Shown one piece after another: positions 18,407-27,183 of a DNA stretch of 64,000 bases (position 1 is the first letter of the stretch; each line of letters starts with the position of its first letter). The notes beneath the pieces were generated by a model that was given only the letters and a program-made list of their open reading frames with translations, ran no database searches and had not been told where the DNA came from. This DNA is from Acidimicrobiia bacterium. GTDB taxonomy: Bacteria; Actinomycetota; Acidimicrobiia; IMCC26256; JAMXLJ01. The position numbers and the translations under genes were made by a program. The DNA is taken from assembly GCA_036558745.1 (NCBI GenBank), contig DATBEZ010000038.1, positions 1,212 to 65,211 on the forward strand. The letters run 5' to 3'.

Positions 18407-21130
18407 ATGGAGCCGCGTGACCGGGGATCGAGGGCCACCACCTGGATGGCCGTGGCCGGCGCGGGCTTCGTCGCGCTCTTCGCCGTCGTCATCACCCTCC
18501 GGCTCGGTGGCGCGAACCTCGCGGACACGGTCGACAACCTCGGCGAGCTCGCGGCCGCCGCGCTCGCCGGCCTGGTGTGCCTCGTCGCCGCGAGGCGCCG
18601 CACCGGCGGGATCCGCCGCGGCTGGTGGCTCCTGGGCGCGTCGTGCCTCAGCTGGGCCGTGGGCCAGGCGGTCTGGACGTGGTTCGCGCTCGAGGGCACC
18701 GCGGTCCCGTTCCCCTCGCTCGCCGACGTCGGGTTCCTGCTGTCGGTCCCGTTCGCGCTGCTGGGCGTGCTCACGTTCATCGAGACGCCCAGCCGGCGGT
18801 GGTCGCGACTTCTCGGTCTCGTCGAGGGCGGGATCATCGCGACCGGGTTCCTGTTCATCAGCTGGGCCCTCGTGCTCGGACCCGTGTTCCGCGCCGACGG
18901 CGACGGCCTGCTCGCCCACGTGATCTCACTCGCGTACCCGGTCGCCGACGTCGTCATCGTGTCGATCGTCGTGTTCTCCGCGACGCGATCCGACACCCAC
19001 GAGCCGGCACGGCTCCAGCTCGTCGCGCTCGGGCTCTGCGCGATCGCGGTGTCGGACAGCGCGTTCGCCTATCTCACACAGACCAACAACTACCTCGGGA
19101 GCCAGCTCTCCGACGTCGGATGGGTCGCGGGCTTCCTCGTCATCGCGCTCGCCGCCGCGCTCCCGGTTCCGGCGCGCACACCGCGCGGCGGCACGCGCGT
19201 CGCGAGGAGCGCGCTGGTGGTGCCGTACCTCCCCATCCTCGCCGCGGGCGGCGTCGCGGTCCTGCGCATGGTCGACGGGGACGGGCTCGACGCGTTCCTC
19301 GCGTGGACGGGCATCGTCGCCATCGTGCTGCTCTGCGTGCACCAGATCGTCGTGCTCAACGAGAACCACGGCCTCACCGTCGGCCTCGAGGCCCGCGTGC
19401 GGCGCCGCACGGTCGAGCTGCTCGAGCGCGAGCAGCACTTCTCCGCGTTGGTGCAGCGCTCGTCCGACGTGATCTGCGTGCTCGAGGGGGACCTGACCAT
19501 CCGCTACGTGAGCGACTCCGTCCGCCGCGTGCTCGGCCTCGCGCCGGAAGAGCTCGTCGGGAAGGCGATCGTCGACGTCGTCAGCGTCGACGACCTTCCT
19601 CCGGTCGAGGCGTTGTTCCGGCAGGTCGTCGCGAACTCGGACCGCACCGCGAGCGCCGAGTGCCCGATCCACGGCCCCGACGGCGCGGTGCGCTTCGTCG
19701 AGCTCACGGTCACCAACCTGCTGCACCACCCCGCGGTGCACGGGATCGTGGTCAACACGCGCGACGTCACCGACCGCCGTGCGCTCGAGGACCGTCTCCG
19801 CCACGACGCGTTCCACGACTCGCTCACCGGCCTGGCCAACCGCGCCCTGCTGCGCGAGCGGACGCAACACGCGATCGCGCGCAGCCGGCGCACCGGCACG
19901 CACGTCGGTGTCGTGCTCATGGATCTCGACGGCTTCAAGGCGATCAACGACAGTCTCGGTCACGCCGTCGGCGACGACGTGCTCGTGAGCATCGGACAGC
20001 GGCTCGCGACGTGCGTGCGACCCGGCGACACGGTGGCGCGCCTCGGCGGCGACGAGTTCGCGTTCCTCCTCGAGGACCTCGAGCGCCCCGAGGAGGCCGA
20101 GGCCGTCGCGGACCGGATCATCGACGCGCTCGCGCAGCCCATCGAGATCGGCGCCCGTGAGCTCATCGTGCACGCGAGCGTCGGGATCGCGGTCCGCGAG
20201 GACGAGGACCCGGCCGAGCTGCTGCGCAACGCCGACGTGGCCATGTACGCGGCGAAGGACAACGGCAAGGCCCAGTACCGCTGGTTCGAGCCCGAGATGC
20301 ACGAGCAGGTGGTGACCCGGCTGGCGGTCGAGGCCGACCTCCACCGCGCGCTCGAGCGGGGCGAGTTCGAGGTGCACTACCAACCGACGGTCGACCTCGC
20401 GACGCTCCAGATCCAGGGCGCCGAGGCGCTCGTGCGCTGGCGACATCCGGAGCACGGCTCCATCGGACCCGACCGGTTCATCGCCATCGCCGAGGCGACC
20501 GGGATCATCGTGCCGCTCGGCACGTGGGTGCTCGAGCAGGCGTGCCTCCAGGTGCAGCAGTGGCGGGCGGCCTGGCCCGACGGCCCGCCGCTCTCGGTCA
20601 GCGTCAACCTCTCCGCCCGCCAGCTCCAGGATCCTTGTGTGGTGGACGCGGTGGCGGACGTGTTGCGCCGCACGGGCGTCGACCCGGCCGCGGTCGTGCT
20701 CGAGATCACCGAGAGCCTGCTCGTGAAGGACACCGAGCTGAGCATCGCCCGGCTGCACGAGCTGAAGGCGCTCGGTCTGCGACTCGCGCTCGACGACTTC
20801 GGGACGGGGTACTCGTCGTTGCGGTACCTGCAGCGCTTCCCGATCGACGTGCTGAAGGTCGACAAGTCCTTCGTCGACTCCGTGCACCTGGGTTCCGAGC
20901 AGTCCGCGCTGACGCGCGCCATCGTGCGGATCGGCCGGACGCTCGGGCTGACGGTCGTGGCCGAGGGCATCGAGCTGCAGGAGCAGGCGATGCTCCTGCG
21001 CGCCCTGGAGTGCCACGGGGGTCAGGGGTTCCTGTTCGCCCGTCCCATGACCGCGCCGCAGCTGTGCGAGCTGCTCGAGCGCGCCGCGCACGGCGAGCCG
21101 GTGTTCCCCACCCGCGCGCCCGCAGCCTGA
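18407..21130 (+). CDS. Polytopic membrane sensor with PAS-GGDEF-EAL domains (c-di-GMP synthase/phosphodiesterase)
   Basis: ATG 18407 in track ORF 18368..21130. Has a ~330-aa multi-TM N-terminus and a PAS domain. The GGDEF domain is intact (RLGGDEFAFLL) with the I-site RPGD 5 aa upstream. The EAL domain is intact (EALVRW, EITES, DDFGTGYSSL, KVDKSF, EGIE, QGFLFARP). Confidence 0.9.
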   Translation: MEPRDRGSRATTWMAVAGAGFVALFAVVITLRLGGANLADTVDNLGELAAAALAGLVCLVAARRRTGGIRRGWWLLGASCLSWAVGQAVWTWFALEGTAVPFPSLADVGFLLSVPFALLGVLTFIETPSRRWSRLLGLVEGGIIATGFLFISWALVLGPVFRADGDGLLAHVISLAYPVADVVIVSIVVFSATRSDTHEPARLQLVALGLCAIAVSDSAFAYLTQTNNYLGSQLSDVGWVAGFLVIALAAALPVPARTPRGGTRVARSALVVPYLPILAAGGVAVLRMVDGDGLDAFLAWTGIVAIVLLCVHQIVVLNENHGLTVGLEARVRRRTVELLEREQHFSALVQRSSDVICVLEGDLTIRYVSDSVRRVLGLAPEELVGKAIVDVVSVDDLPPVEALFRQVVANSDRTASAECPIHGPDGAVRFVELTVTNLLHHPAVHGIVVNTRDVTDRRALEDRLRHDAFHDSLTGLANRALLRERTQHAIARSRRTGTHVGVVLMDLDGFKAINDSLGHAVGDDVLVSIGQRLATCVRPGDTVARLGGDEFAFLLEDLERPEEAEAVADRIIDALAQPIEIGARELIVHASVGIAVREDEDPAELLRNADVAMYAAKDNGKAQYRWFEPEMHEQVVTRLAVEADLHRALERGEFEVHYQPTVDLATLQIQGAEALVRWRHPEHGSIGPDRFIAIAEATGIIVPLGTWVLEQACLQVQQWRAAWPDGPPLSVSVNLSARQLQDPCVVDAVADVLRRTGVDPAAVVLEITESLLVKDTELSIARLHELKALGLRLALDDFGTGYSSLRYLQRFPIDVLKVDKSFVDSVHLGSEQSALTRAIVRIGRTLGLTVVAEGIELQEQAMLLRALECHGGQGFLFARPMTAPQLCELLERAAHGEPVFPTRAPAA

Positions 21131-21230
21131 AGCCTCGGCGGCCGCCGGCGCGGCGCGCGTGCACGGGCCGCTCCCGCGTAGCAAGCTCGACGCCGCTTTC
21201 CTCATTGCCGACGTTTCGGGACCGGTGCCC

Positions 21231-22946
21231 ATGCCACGACTCGTCCCACCGACGCTGACGACCCGGCTGCTCGAGCGCATGATGTCGCTCCCACCGGCAC
21301 GCGACCGCGACGTCACCGAGACGGTTGACGTGCGGGTCCCCATGGACGACGGGATCGACCTCCTCGCCGACGTGTACACACCGGCCGGGCCGGGACCGCA
21401 CCCGACGGTCCTCGTGCGCTGCCCCTACGGACGCCGCGGCCCGCTCGGCCTCCTGTTGGGGCGCGCGTTCGCCGAGCGCGGCTACCGCGTCGTGTTGCAG
21501 AGCTGCCGCGGGACGTTCGGATCGGGCGGCGTGTTCGAGCCGAACCGCAACGAACGGGCCGACGGGCTCGCGACGATCCGTTGGCTCGAAGCCCAGCCGT
21601 GGTTCGACGGTCGGCTCGCCATGAACGGGCCCAGCTATCTGGGTGGTGTGCAGTGGGCCGTCGCCGACAGTGCGGGGCCGTCGCTGCGCGCGTTGTGCAC
21701 GCACGTGACGTACTCCGACCTGACCGGGCACTGGTTCTCCGGTGGGTCGTTCTCGCTCGGGGACGCGATCGAGTGGACGACGATGGTGAGCGAGCAGGAG
21801 CGCGAGCGCTTCCGCATCGTGGGGATGCTGCTCGGCACGCGCGAGCGGCGCATCGACCGTGTCCTCAACCACCTGCCCGTCGAGGACCTCGATCAGCTCG
21901 TGGTCGGCCATCGCGTTCCCGCGTGGCGCGATGTCGTCGAGCACCCGTCCGCCGACGATCCGCACTGGGAACCGGCGAACCACACCGCCCGCGTCGCCAC
22001 GGTGACCGCGCCGGTCCTGCAAGTCGGCGGCTGGTACGACATCTTCCTGCCCATCCAGCTCGCGGACCATCGCGCGCTCGTCGACGCGGGGCGGCACCCT
22101 CGCCTCGTCATCGGACCGTGGACGCACGCGGCGAGCAAGGGCTTCTCGACACAGGTGACCGAGTCGTTGCGCTGGCTCGACCGTCACGTGCTCGGCGCCG
22201 AGCCCGACGGCGCGCGCGCCGAGAACGCGCCGGTGCGCGTGTTCGTGATGGGGGCGGGAACGTGGCGAGACCTGCCTGCGTGGCCGCCGCCCACCGCCCG
22301 TGCGACACCGTGGTACCTGCACGCCGGCGGACGACTGGACCCGACGGAGCCCGGTGACGAGGGTGCCGACTCCTACACGTACGACCCCGACGACCCGACA
22401 CCCGTGATCGGCGGGACGCTCCTGCGCCGCACGGGAGGTCGGCGCGAGCAGCGACGCACCGAGACCCGCCCCGACGTGCTGCTGTTCACGAGCGAAGTCC
22501 TCGAGACCGATGTCGACATGATCGGCGAGGTGCGCGCGGACATCCGCGTGTCGTGCGACCTGGAGCACTTCGACGTCTTCGTCCGACTGTGCGACGTCGA
22601 CGAGAAGGGCCGTTCGTTCAACGTGTGCGACGGGGTGCAACGGGTCACCCCGACGTCGCATCCCCGTCCGCCCGATGGCGTCTGGTCGGTGCCGGTCGCG
22701 CTCTGGGCCACGGCGCAGCGCTTCCGCGCCGGGCACCGCATCCGGCTGCAGGTGTCGAGCGGAGCGCATCCACGGTTCGCGCGCAACCTGGGGACCGACG
22801 AGCCGCTCGCGAGCGCGACGACGACGCGGGTCGCGCACGTCTCGATCCATCACGACCGCGCGCAACCGTCGGCGATCGTGCTCCCGGTGGTCGGGACGCG
22901 GGCCGAGGCGCCGGCTCAGCGCGCCGGAAGCGCGGCGACCGAGTAG
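21231..22946 (+). CDS. CocE/NonD family alpha/beta hydrolase (X-Pro dipeptidyl-peptidase S15 fold)
   Basis: ATG 21231 in track ORF 21159..22946. Has LLADVYTPAG..HPTVLVRCPYGRR, the nucleophile elbow NGPSYLG and a C-terminal jelly-roll segment (GHRIRLQVSS). Confidence 0.85.
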   Translation: MPRLVPPTLTTRLLERMMSLPPARDRDVTETVDVRVPMDDGIDLLADVYTPAGPGPHPTVLVRCPYGRRGPLGLLLGRAFAERGYRVVLQSCRGTFGSGGVFEPNRNERADGLATIRWLEAQPWFDGRLAMNGPSYLGGVQWAVADSAGPSLRALCTHVTYSDLTGHWFSGGSFSLGDAIEWTTMVSEQERERFRIVGMLLGTRERRIDRVLNHLPVEDLDQLVVGHRVPAWRDVVEHPSADDPHWEPANHTARVATVTAPVLQVGGWYDIFLPIQLADHRALVDAGRHPRLVIGPWTHAASKGFSTQVTESLRWLDRHVLGAEPDGARAENAPVRVFVMGAGTWRDLPAWPPPTARATPWYLHAGGRLDPTEPGDEGADSYTYDPDDPTPVIGGTLLRRTGGRREQRRTETRPDVLLFTSEVLETDVDMIGEVRADIRVSCDLEHFDVFVRLCDVDEKGRSFNVCDGVQRVTPTSHPRPPDGVWSVPVALWATAQRFRAGHRIRLQVSSGAHPRFARNLGTDEPLASATTTRVAHVSIHHDRAQPSAIVLPVVGTRAEAPAQRAGSAATE

Positions 22947-24544
22947 TCGGAGGGATACGGGAGCGCGACCGCGGCTCGGGTGCCCAGCTCGAACGCGTGC
23001 ATGGGCGGGTCGATCCCGCCGAACACCACCCAGCGTCCCGACGGCGACCAGGTCGCGTACCCGTACGCCTCGCCGATGTCCACGCTCGCATCCGGGACCG
23101 GTTGCACCTGCCCGGTCGCGACGTCGACGAGGACGAGGGTGGCGGTCCCACCGCCACGGCTCGCCGACACGAACGCCGCGAGCCGGCTGCCGTCGGGCGA
23201 GAACGCACCGCCGTAGAGGAACCCAGTGCCGGGCGTCGGCGCCACGATCCGACGCCGCGCACCCATGACGCTGTCGCCGAGCACGAGCGCGCACGGGGGC
23301 GCGCCGCTCGCGGGGCAGTCGACCCACGCGACACGGCTCGTGCGCGCGCCGCCGGGCCGGAACGTGTCGATCGGATGCCAGACCGTGCCGAGCCGCGTCA
23401 CCCGTCCCGAGCCGGTGTCCCAACGGGCCAGCGTGGTCTCGATCGCGTCGCCGTCGGTCTCGACGAGCACGCCGTCGGCGACCGCGAGCGGCGGATCGGT
23501 CAGCCGGTAGCCGGCCGGGATGCGCCAGGGGCCCGCGACGCGTCCGCGTGTCGCGCGCCACCGCTCGACGCGATCCCCGACCTGCACGTAGAAGAGTCCG
23601 GGCGTCGTCGCGGGGAAGACGTCGCTCCCGGTGCCGACCGCACGCAGCCGTGTGGTCCCCGGATCGAGCCGGTACACCGTGCCGTTCTGCGCGGTGTAGG
23701 CGTACTCGCCGACCCTGATCACCGGACACGTCGTGCACCAGTCGCCGGCCGCGGACCCATCGGACGGCGAGCCGGAAGACCCACCTGACGCGCCGCCGGT
23801 CACGGCGTAGGGATCCGCGACCGTGAGCCCGGCCGGAGCGATCCACGCGAGGGAGGCGTCGACCGCCGGCGCGCGTCGCGGGTCGAAGCGCAGCGAGTCG
23901 AGCAGCGAGTCCGCCTCTCGCTCCCGTTCGGGCGACGCGTCGCGTCCCGACACCACCGCGGCGGAGAACTCCCGACCCTGGTCCTGGAACGCGCCCCAGA
24001 GGATGCGCTCGCCGCGCGCTGCCACGCGGGGGCAGTCGGCCATCGGCTTCAGCACGGTCCCGTCGCCGAGATGCGCCGGTCGTGGTGGCGCGCTCGGGTT
24101 GGAGGTGGCGCGCTCCAGCACCCACACGAACACGTCCGTGGGACGCATCGCGCGCACGACGCTCTCGGGCAGCTGGTTGTCGCACGCGACGTCGGACGAC
24201 TGCGACACCGGGAGCGGGAACGTGCCCGCGGCGAGGATCTCGTGGGGATCGGTGAGGCCGGACAGCACCCGGTCCGCGCGCCGCCAGCCCGGGGGGATCG
24301 TGACGCTGAAGCCGGCGGCGCGCGCGACCGGGTGCTCGGTGGTGCGGACGTCGCGGGATGGCGCGGTGCGCGACGCGGTCCACGCGGCCGCCGCGCCCGC
24401 GCCCAACACCAGCGCGACGACGGCGGCCGTGACCCTGCGCCGCCGGCGGAGCCCACGTCCGCTCGTGAACGCAACGGCCACGTCGAAGGGTGCCGACGGC
24501 GTCACCGCCGCGTCGCGCAACAGGGTGCGGAGGTCAGTCGACAT
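22916..24544 (-). CDS. Single-pass membrane protein with extracytoplasmic PD40/TolB-like beta-propeller; putative cognate anti-sigma/sensor of the upstream ECF sigma
   Basis: Track ORF whose start overlaps the sigma stop by 11 nt. Has a short cytoplasmic N-terminus, an RRRRR-TM segment (VTAAVVALVLGAGAAAAW) and C-terminal SPDGSRLAAF / WSPSGRWVVF repeats. No HxxxCxxC zinc anti-sigma motif was seen. Confidence 0.65.
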   Translation of the reverse strand: MSTDLRTLLRDAAVTPSAPFDVAVAFTSGRGLRRRRRVTAAVVALVLGAGAAAAWTASRTAPSRDVRTTEHPVARAAGFSVTIPPGWRRADRVLSGLTDPHEILAAGTFPLPVSQSSDVACDNQLPESVVRAMRPTDVFVWVLERATSNPSAPPRPAHLGDGTVLKPMADCPRVAARGERILWGAFQDQGREFSAAVVSGRDASPEREREADSLLDSLRFDPRRAPAVDASLAWIAPAGLTVADPYAVTGGASGGSSGSPSDGSAAGDWCTTCPVIRVGEYAYTAQNGTVYRLDPGTTRLRAVGTGSDVFPATTPGLFYVQVGDRVERWRATRGRVAGPWRIPAGYRLTDPPLAVADGVLVETDGDAIETTLARWDTGSGRVTRLGTVWHPIDTFRPGGARTSRVAWVDCPASGAPPCALVLGDSVMGARRRIVAPTPGTGFLYGGAFSPDGSRLAAFVSASRGGGTATLVLVDVATGQVQPVPDASVDIGEAYGYATWSPSGRWVVFGGIDPPMHAFELGTRAAVALPYPSDYSVAALPAR

Positions 24545-25091
24545 CGACCACCTCCGCGAGATCGGGCTCGTGCTCGTCGACGAGGCCCGATCGGCGCAGC
24601 CGCTCGATCCCGCGGTGGGTCAACGTCTTGACCGTGCCCTCCGGACAGCGCATGAGCGCGGCCACGTCGTGGATCGAGAAGTCGGCGAAGTATCGAAGGA
24701 CCAAGACCTCGCGTTCGCGCTTCGGGAGCGCGGCGACCGCGTCGCGCACCGCGAGCTTGGTCGCCGGGTCGTGCGTCAACGACTCCGCGTCGGGACCGTG
24801 ACGGGCCGCGGCGCGCCGTCCGGCCGCGCGCCTGCGGAAGTGCGAGTTCGCGAGGTTGATCGCGACCCTGTAGGTCCACGCGGACGGCGAGTCCTTCTGC
24901 CGCACCGAGGCCCAGTGCGCGCAGGCGCGTGCCAGGGCTTCCTGGGCCAGTTCCTGGGCCAGGTCACGCTCGCCGCAGTAGAGGCTCAGCGCGCCGACGA
25001 GTCGGGGATACTCGGCCGCGCAGAAGCGGGCCAGGTCCGCCGGGACCTCCGGCTTCGCCCCCGACCGCCCGCGCCCCGCGTCGCGACCCAT
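24534..25091 (-). CDS. ECF-type RNA polymerase sigma-70 family factor
   Basis: Track ORF 24534..25112(-); ATG 25091 preferred because GGAGGTGGG lies upstream. Region 2 reads DLAQELAQEALARAC...WTYRVAINLANSHFRRR. Region 4 reads LPKREREVLVLRYFADFSIHDVAALMRCPEGTVKTLTHRG. Confidence 0.88.
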   Translation of the reverse strand: MGRDAGRGRSGAKPEVPADLARFCAAEYPRLVGALSLYCGERDLAQELAQEALARACAHWASVRQKDSPSAWTYRVAINLANSHFRRRAAGRRAAARHGPDAESLTHDPATKLAVRDAVAALPKREREVLVLRYFADFSIHDVAALMRCPEGTVKTLTHRGIERLRRSGLVDEHEPDLAEVVDVD

Positions 25092-25120
25092 GTCGCAGCC
25101 CACCTCCGTCACTGCGGTCG

Positions 25121-25147
25121 AGACGCACGACGCCCGTCGCAGGTTTC
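25121..25147 (-). promoter_or_regulatory. Candidate ECF-type promoter (GAAAC - 17 nt - CGTCT) upstream of the sigma gene
   Basis: The minus strand reads GTTGAAAC-CTGCGACGGGCGTCGTG-CGTCT. This resembles the GGAAC-N16-17-CGT(T/C) pattern of autoregulated ECF promoters. The -10 lies ~30 nt upstream of ATG 25091. Confidence 0.3.
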
Positions 25148-25237
25148 AACCGCGGGGCGGTCCCGGCCCGCGCCGGCCGCTCCGTGGGAACGTATCGGCC
25201 CCGGCACGGCGGCGCCCGGGAGACGGAGAGGGACGGG

Positions 25238-26176
25238 ATGATGGCCGATGCGTTCGACGCAGCCTGGTTCGCGGACACGTTCGACGCGGTGAGGAACTGG
25301 GGCCGCTGGGGTGCCGACGACGAACGGGGCGCGCTGAACCTGCTCACCGCGGAGCGCACGGCCGCGGCCGCGGCACTGGTCCGGACCGGCGACACCGTGA
25401 GCTGCGCCCTCGACCTCGAGACGGTCCCCGCCGCCGACAACCCGTTCCCCGCGGACCACCACATGCTCACGGCCGGCGACGCGCGGGGCGAGAACCCGCT
25501 GCCGGGCTTCGAGCAGTCGACCGACTACTTCGGCGTCGCGTGCCACGGGATGGCGGTGTCGCACATCGACGCGCTGTGCCACATCTTCGTCGACGGCCAC
25601 ATGTACAACGGCGTGCCCGCGCACGAGGTCCGCAGCACCGGCGCACGACGCAACTCGTTGCGCGCCCTCAACGGTGGGATCTGCGGTCGCGGCGTGCTCC
25701 TCGACGTTCCCCGCGTACGCGGTCGCGACTGGATCGAGCCCGGGGACCGGATCACACCGGACGACTTGGAGGCGGCCGAGCGTGAGCACGGCGTGACCGT
25801 GGAACCGGGTGACGTGCTGCTGATCGCGACCGGGCGCGCGCGATGGCGTCGCGCCGAAGGGCCGGGCATCATCACCAAGGGGCTGGCCGGTCTCCACCCG
25901 ACGTGCATCCCGTGGCTGCGCGAGCGCGACGTCGCGGTGCTCGGAAGCGACGCGATCTCCGATGCGTTCGGCGCGGGCATGGTGGCGAACTGGCCCATGC
26001 CCATCCACCAGTGCCTCATCGCGGCGATGGGCGTGCACCTGCTCGACAACCTCGACCTCGCCACGCTGGGCGACGCGTGCGCGGGCCACGAGCGGTGGTC
26101 GTTCCTCCTCACGATCGCGCCGCTGCGCATCCCGCGCGCAACCGGATGCCCCGTGAACCCGATCGCGGTGTTCTGA
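25238..26176 (+). CDS. Cyclase family protein (kynurenine formamidase-like fold)
   Basis: ATG 25238 behind GGAGAGGGACGGG in track ORF 24929..26176. The ACHGMAVSHIDALCH His/Asp cluster resembles the HxGTHxDxPxH motif of the family. Confidence 0.75.
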   Translation: MMADAFDAAWFADTFDAVRNWGRWGADDERGALNLLTAERTAAAAALVRTGDTVSCALDLETVPAADNPFPADHHMLTAGDARGENPLPGFEQSTDYFGVACHGMAVSHIDALCHIFVDGHMYNGVPAHEVRSTGARRNSLRALNGGICGRGVLLDVPRVRGRDWIEPGDRITPDDLEAAEREHGVTVEPGDVLLIATGRARWRRAEGPGIITKGLAGLHPTCIPWLRERDVAVLGSDAISDAFGAGMVANWPMPIHQCLIAAMGVHLLDNLDLATLGDACAGHERWSFLLTIAPLRIPRATGCPVNPIAVF

Positions 26177-26182
26177 CCGAGC

Positions 26183-27115
26183 TCAGGGACGTCCTCGGCC
26201 CAGGTGCGCGTCGAAACGCGCGGCGACGCCGGCATCGAGCGCGCCCAGCGGATCGTCGGCCCCGACCGCGACACCGGCCACCCACGCCGCGCGCTCCAGG
26301 ACTTCGACGAAGGCGGTGTCCGCCGCGGGGACACCGCGGCGGGCGAGCACGACAGCGGCGGCACCGTGGAACACGTCACCCGCGCCGTTCGTGTTGCGCG
26401 CGACGACGGGCTCGAGCGGGATCTCACCAGTACCATCGGGGCCCGCCCACACGATCGGCGCGGGGCCGCGAGTCACCGCGATCCAGCGCACGCCGAGGCC
26501 ACGCACGAGCCCGACGGCCGCGTCGACACCGCCGACGTCGCGCGCGAACGGCTCCCCCGCGACCACGACGTCGGCACGCGCGAGCAATGGCGTGAGCTCC
26601 TCGCGCCAGCTCCCCGCATCGGCGAGCACGGGCACACCCGAGGCTCTCGCGGCGACGGCGGCCCGGTACGCGACCTCGGGGTAGTGCCCGTCGAGCAGCA
26701 CGCAGCCCGCGCCGTTGACCGCCGCGGTCACGCGCGCGTCGACGTCGGCGGTCAGCGCGGGCGCGCGGTCGATCGCGGACACCACGGCCCGCGTCCCGCC
26801 GTCGCGAGCGAGCACGACGCTCGCCACCACGGGTGCGTGGGGACGCCCGACCGCGCGAAGGTCGACGCCTCCCGCCTGCAGTCGGGTCGTGATCCACGCG
26901 TCGACCGGCGACTCGCCCAGGCACGTGAGCAGGGTCGATGCCGCGCCGAGCCGGCGCGCGGTGAGCGCGGCGCGTGCTGCCGGTCCGCCCGGACGCAGCT
27001 CGACCCCGCGGGCACGGACCTTCTCGTCCGCGGCGGGCGCGTGTCCGACGTCATACTCGCAGTCCATCGTCGCAAGGCCACACGCCGTCACGGCCCTTCG
27101 GTCATCGACCATCAT
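26183..27115 (-). CDS. PfkB-family carbohydrate/ribokinase-like kinase
   Basis: Track ORF. The C-terminal anion-hole motif TNGAGDVFHGA is present and the overall length fits the family. Confidence 0.8.
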   Translation of the reverse strand: MMVDDRRAVTACGLATMDCEYDVGHAPAADEKVRARGVELRPGGPAARAALTARRLGAASTLLTCLGESPVDAWITTRLQAGGVDLRAVGRPHAPVVASVVLARDGGTRAVVSAIDRAPALTADVDARVTAAVNGAGCVLLDGHYPEVAYRAAVAARASGVPVLADAGSWREELTPLLARADVVVAGEPFARDVGGVDAAVGLVRGLGVRWIAVTRGPAPIVWAGPDGTGEIPLEPVVARNTNGAGDVFHGAAAVVLARRGVPAADTAFVEVLERAAWVAGVAVGADDPLGALDAGVAARFDAHLGRGRP

Positions 27116-27183
27116 GTCGGCCTCAAGGTAGGCGGGAAGCAGGCATCCGGTCGCGACGGCGCGCCGGCGGGGGGTGGGCGAAC

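Noticed and set aside
15734-18919. 1061-aa minus-strand ORF antisense to the P-type ATPase
   Set aside because: Same reasoning as above. It is antisense to a gene with complete [13 protein letters not shown] and TGEP motifs, has low-complexity Arg/Asp/Gly composition, and has no SD or start context.
23412-23424. CCGGTGTCCCAAC resembling the right arm of the palindrome family
   Set aside because: It lies inside the propeller-protein coding region and has no left arm upstream.
20706-24383. 1225-aa ORF on the minus strand, the longest in the track
   Set aside because: It is Arg/Gly/Pro/Ala-rich with no motif. It overlaps the clearly recognisable EAL domain and CocE/NonD gene on the other strand, and shares a strand but not a frame with the propeller gene. 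This is a typical shadow ORF of a stop-poor, GC-rich genome.
25186-25191. GGGAAC ECF -35-like hexamer upstream of the cyclase gene
   Set aside because: No CGT(T/C)-type -10 element sits at the required 16-17 nt spacing.
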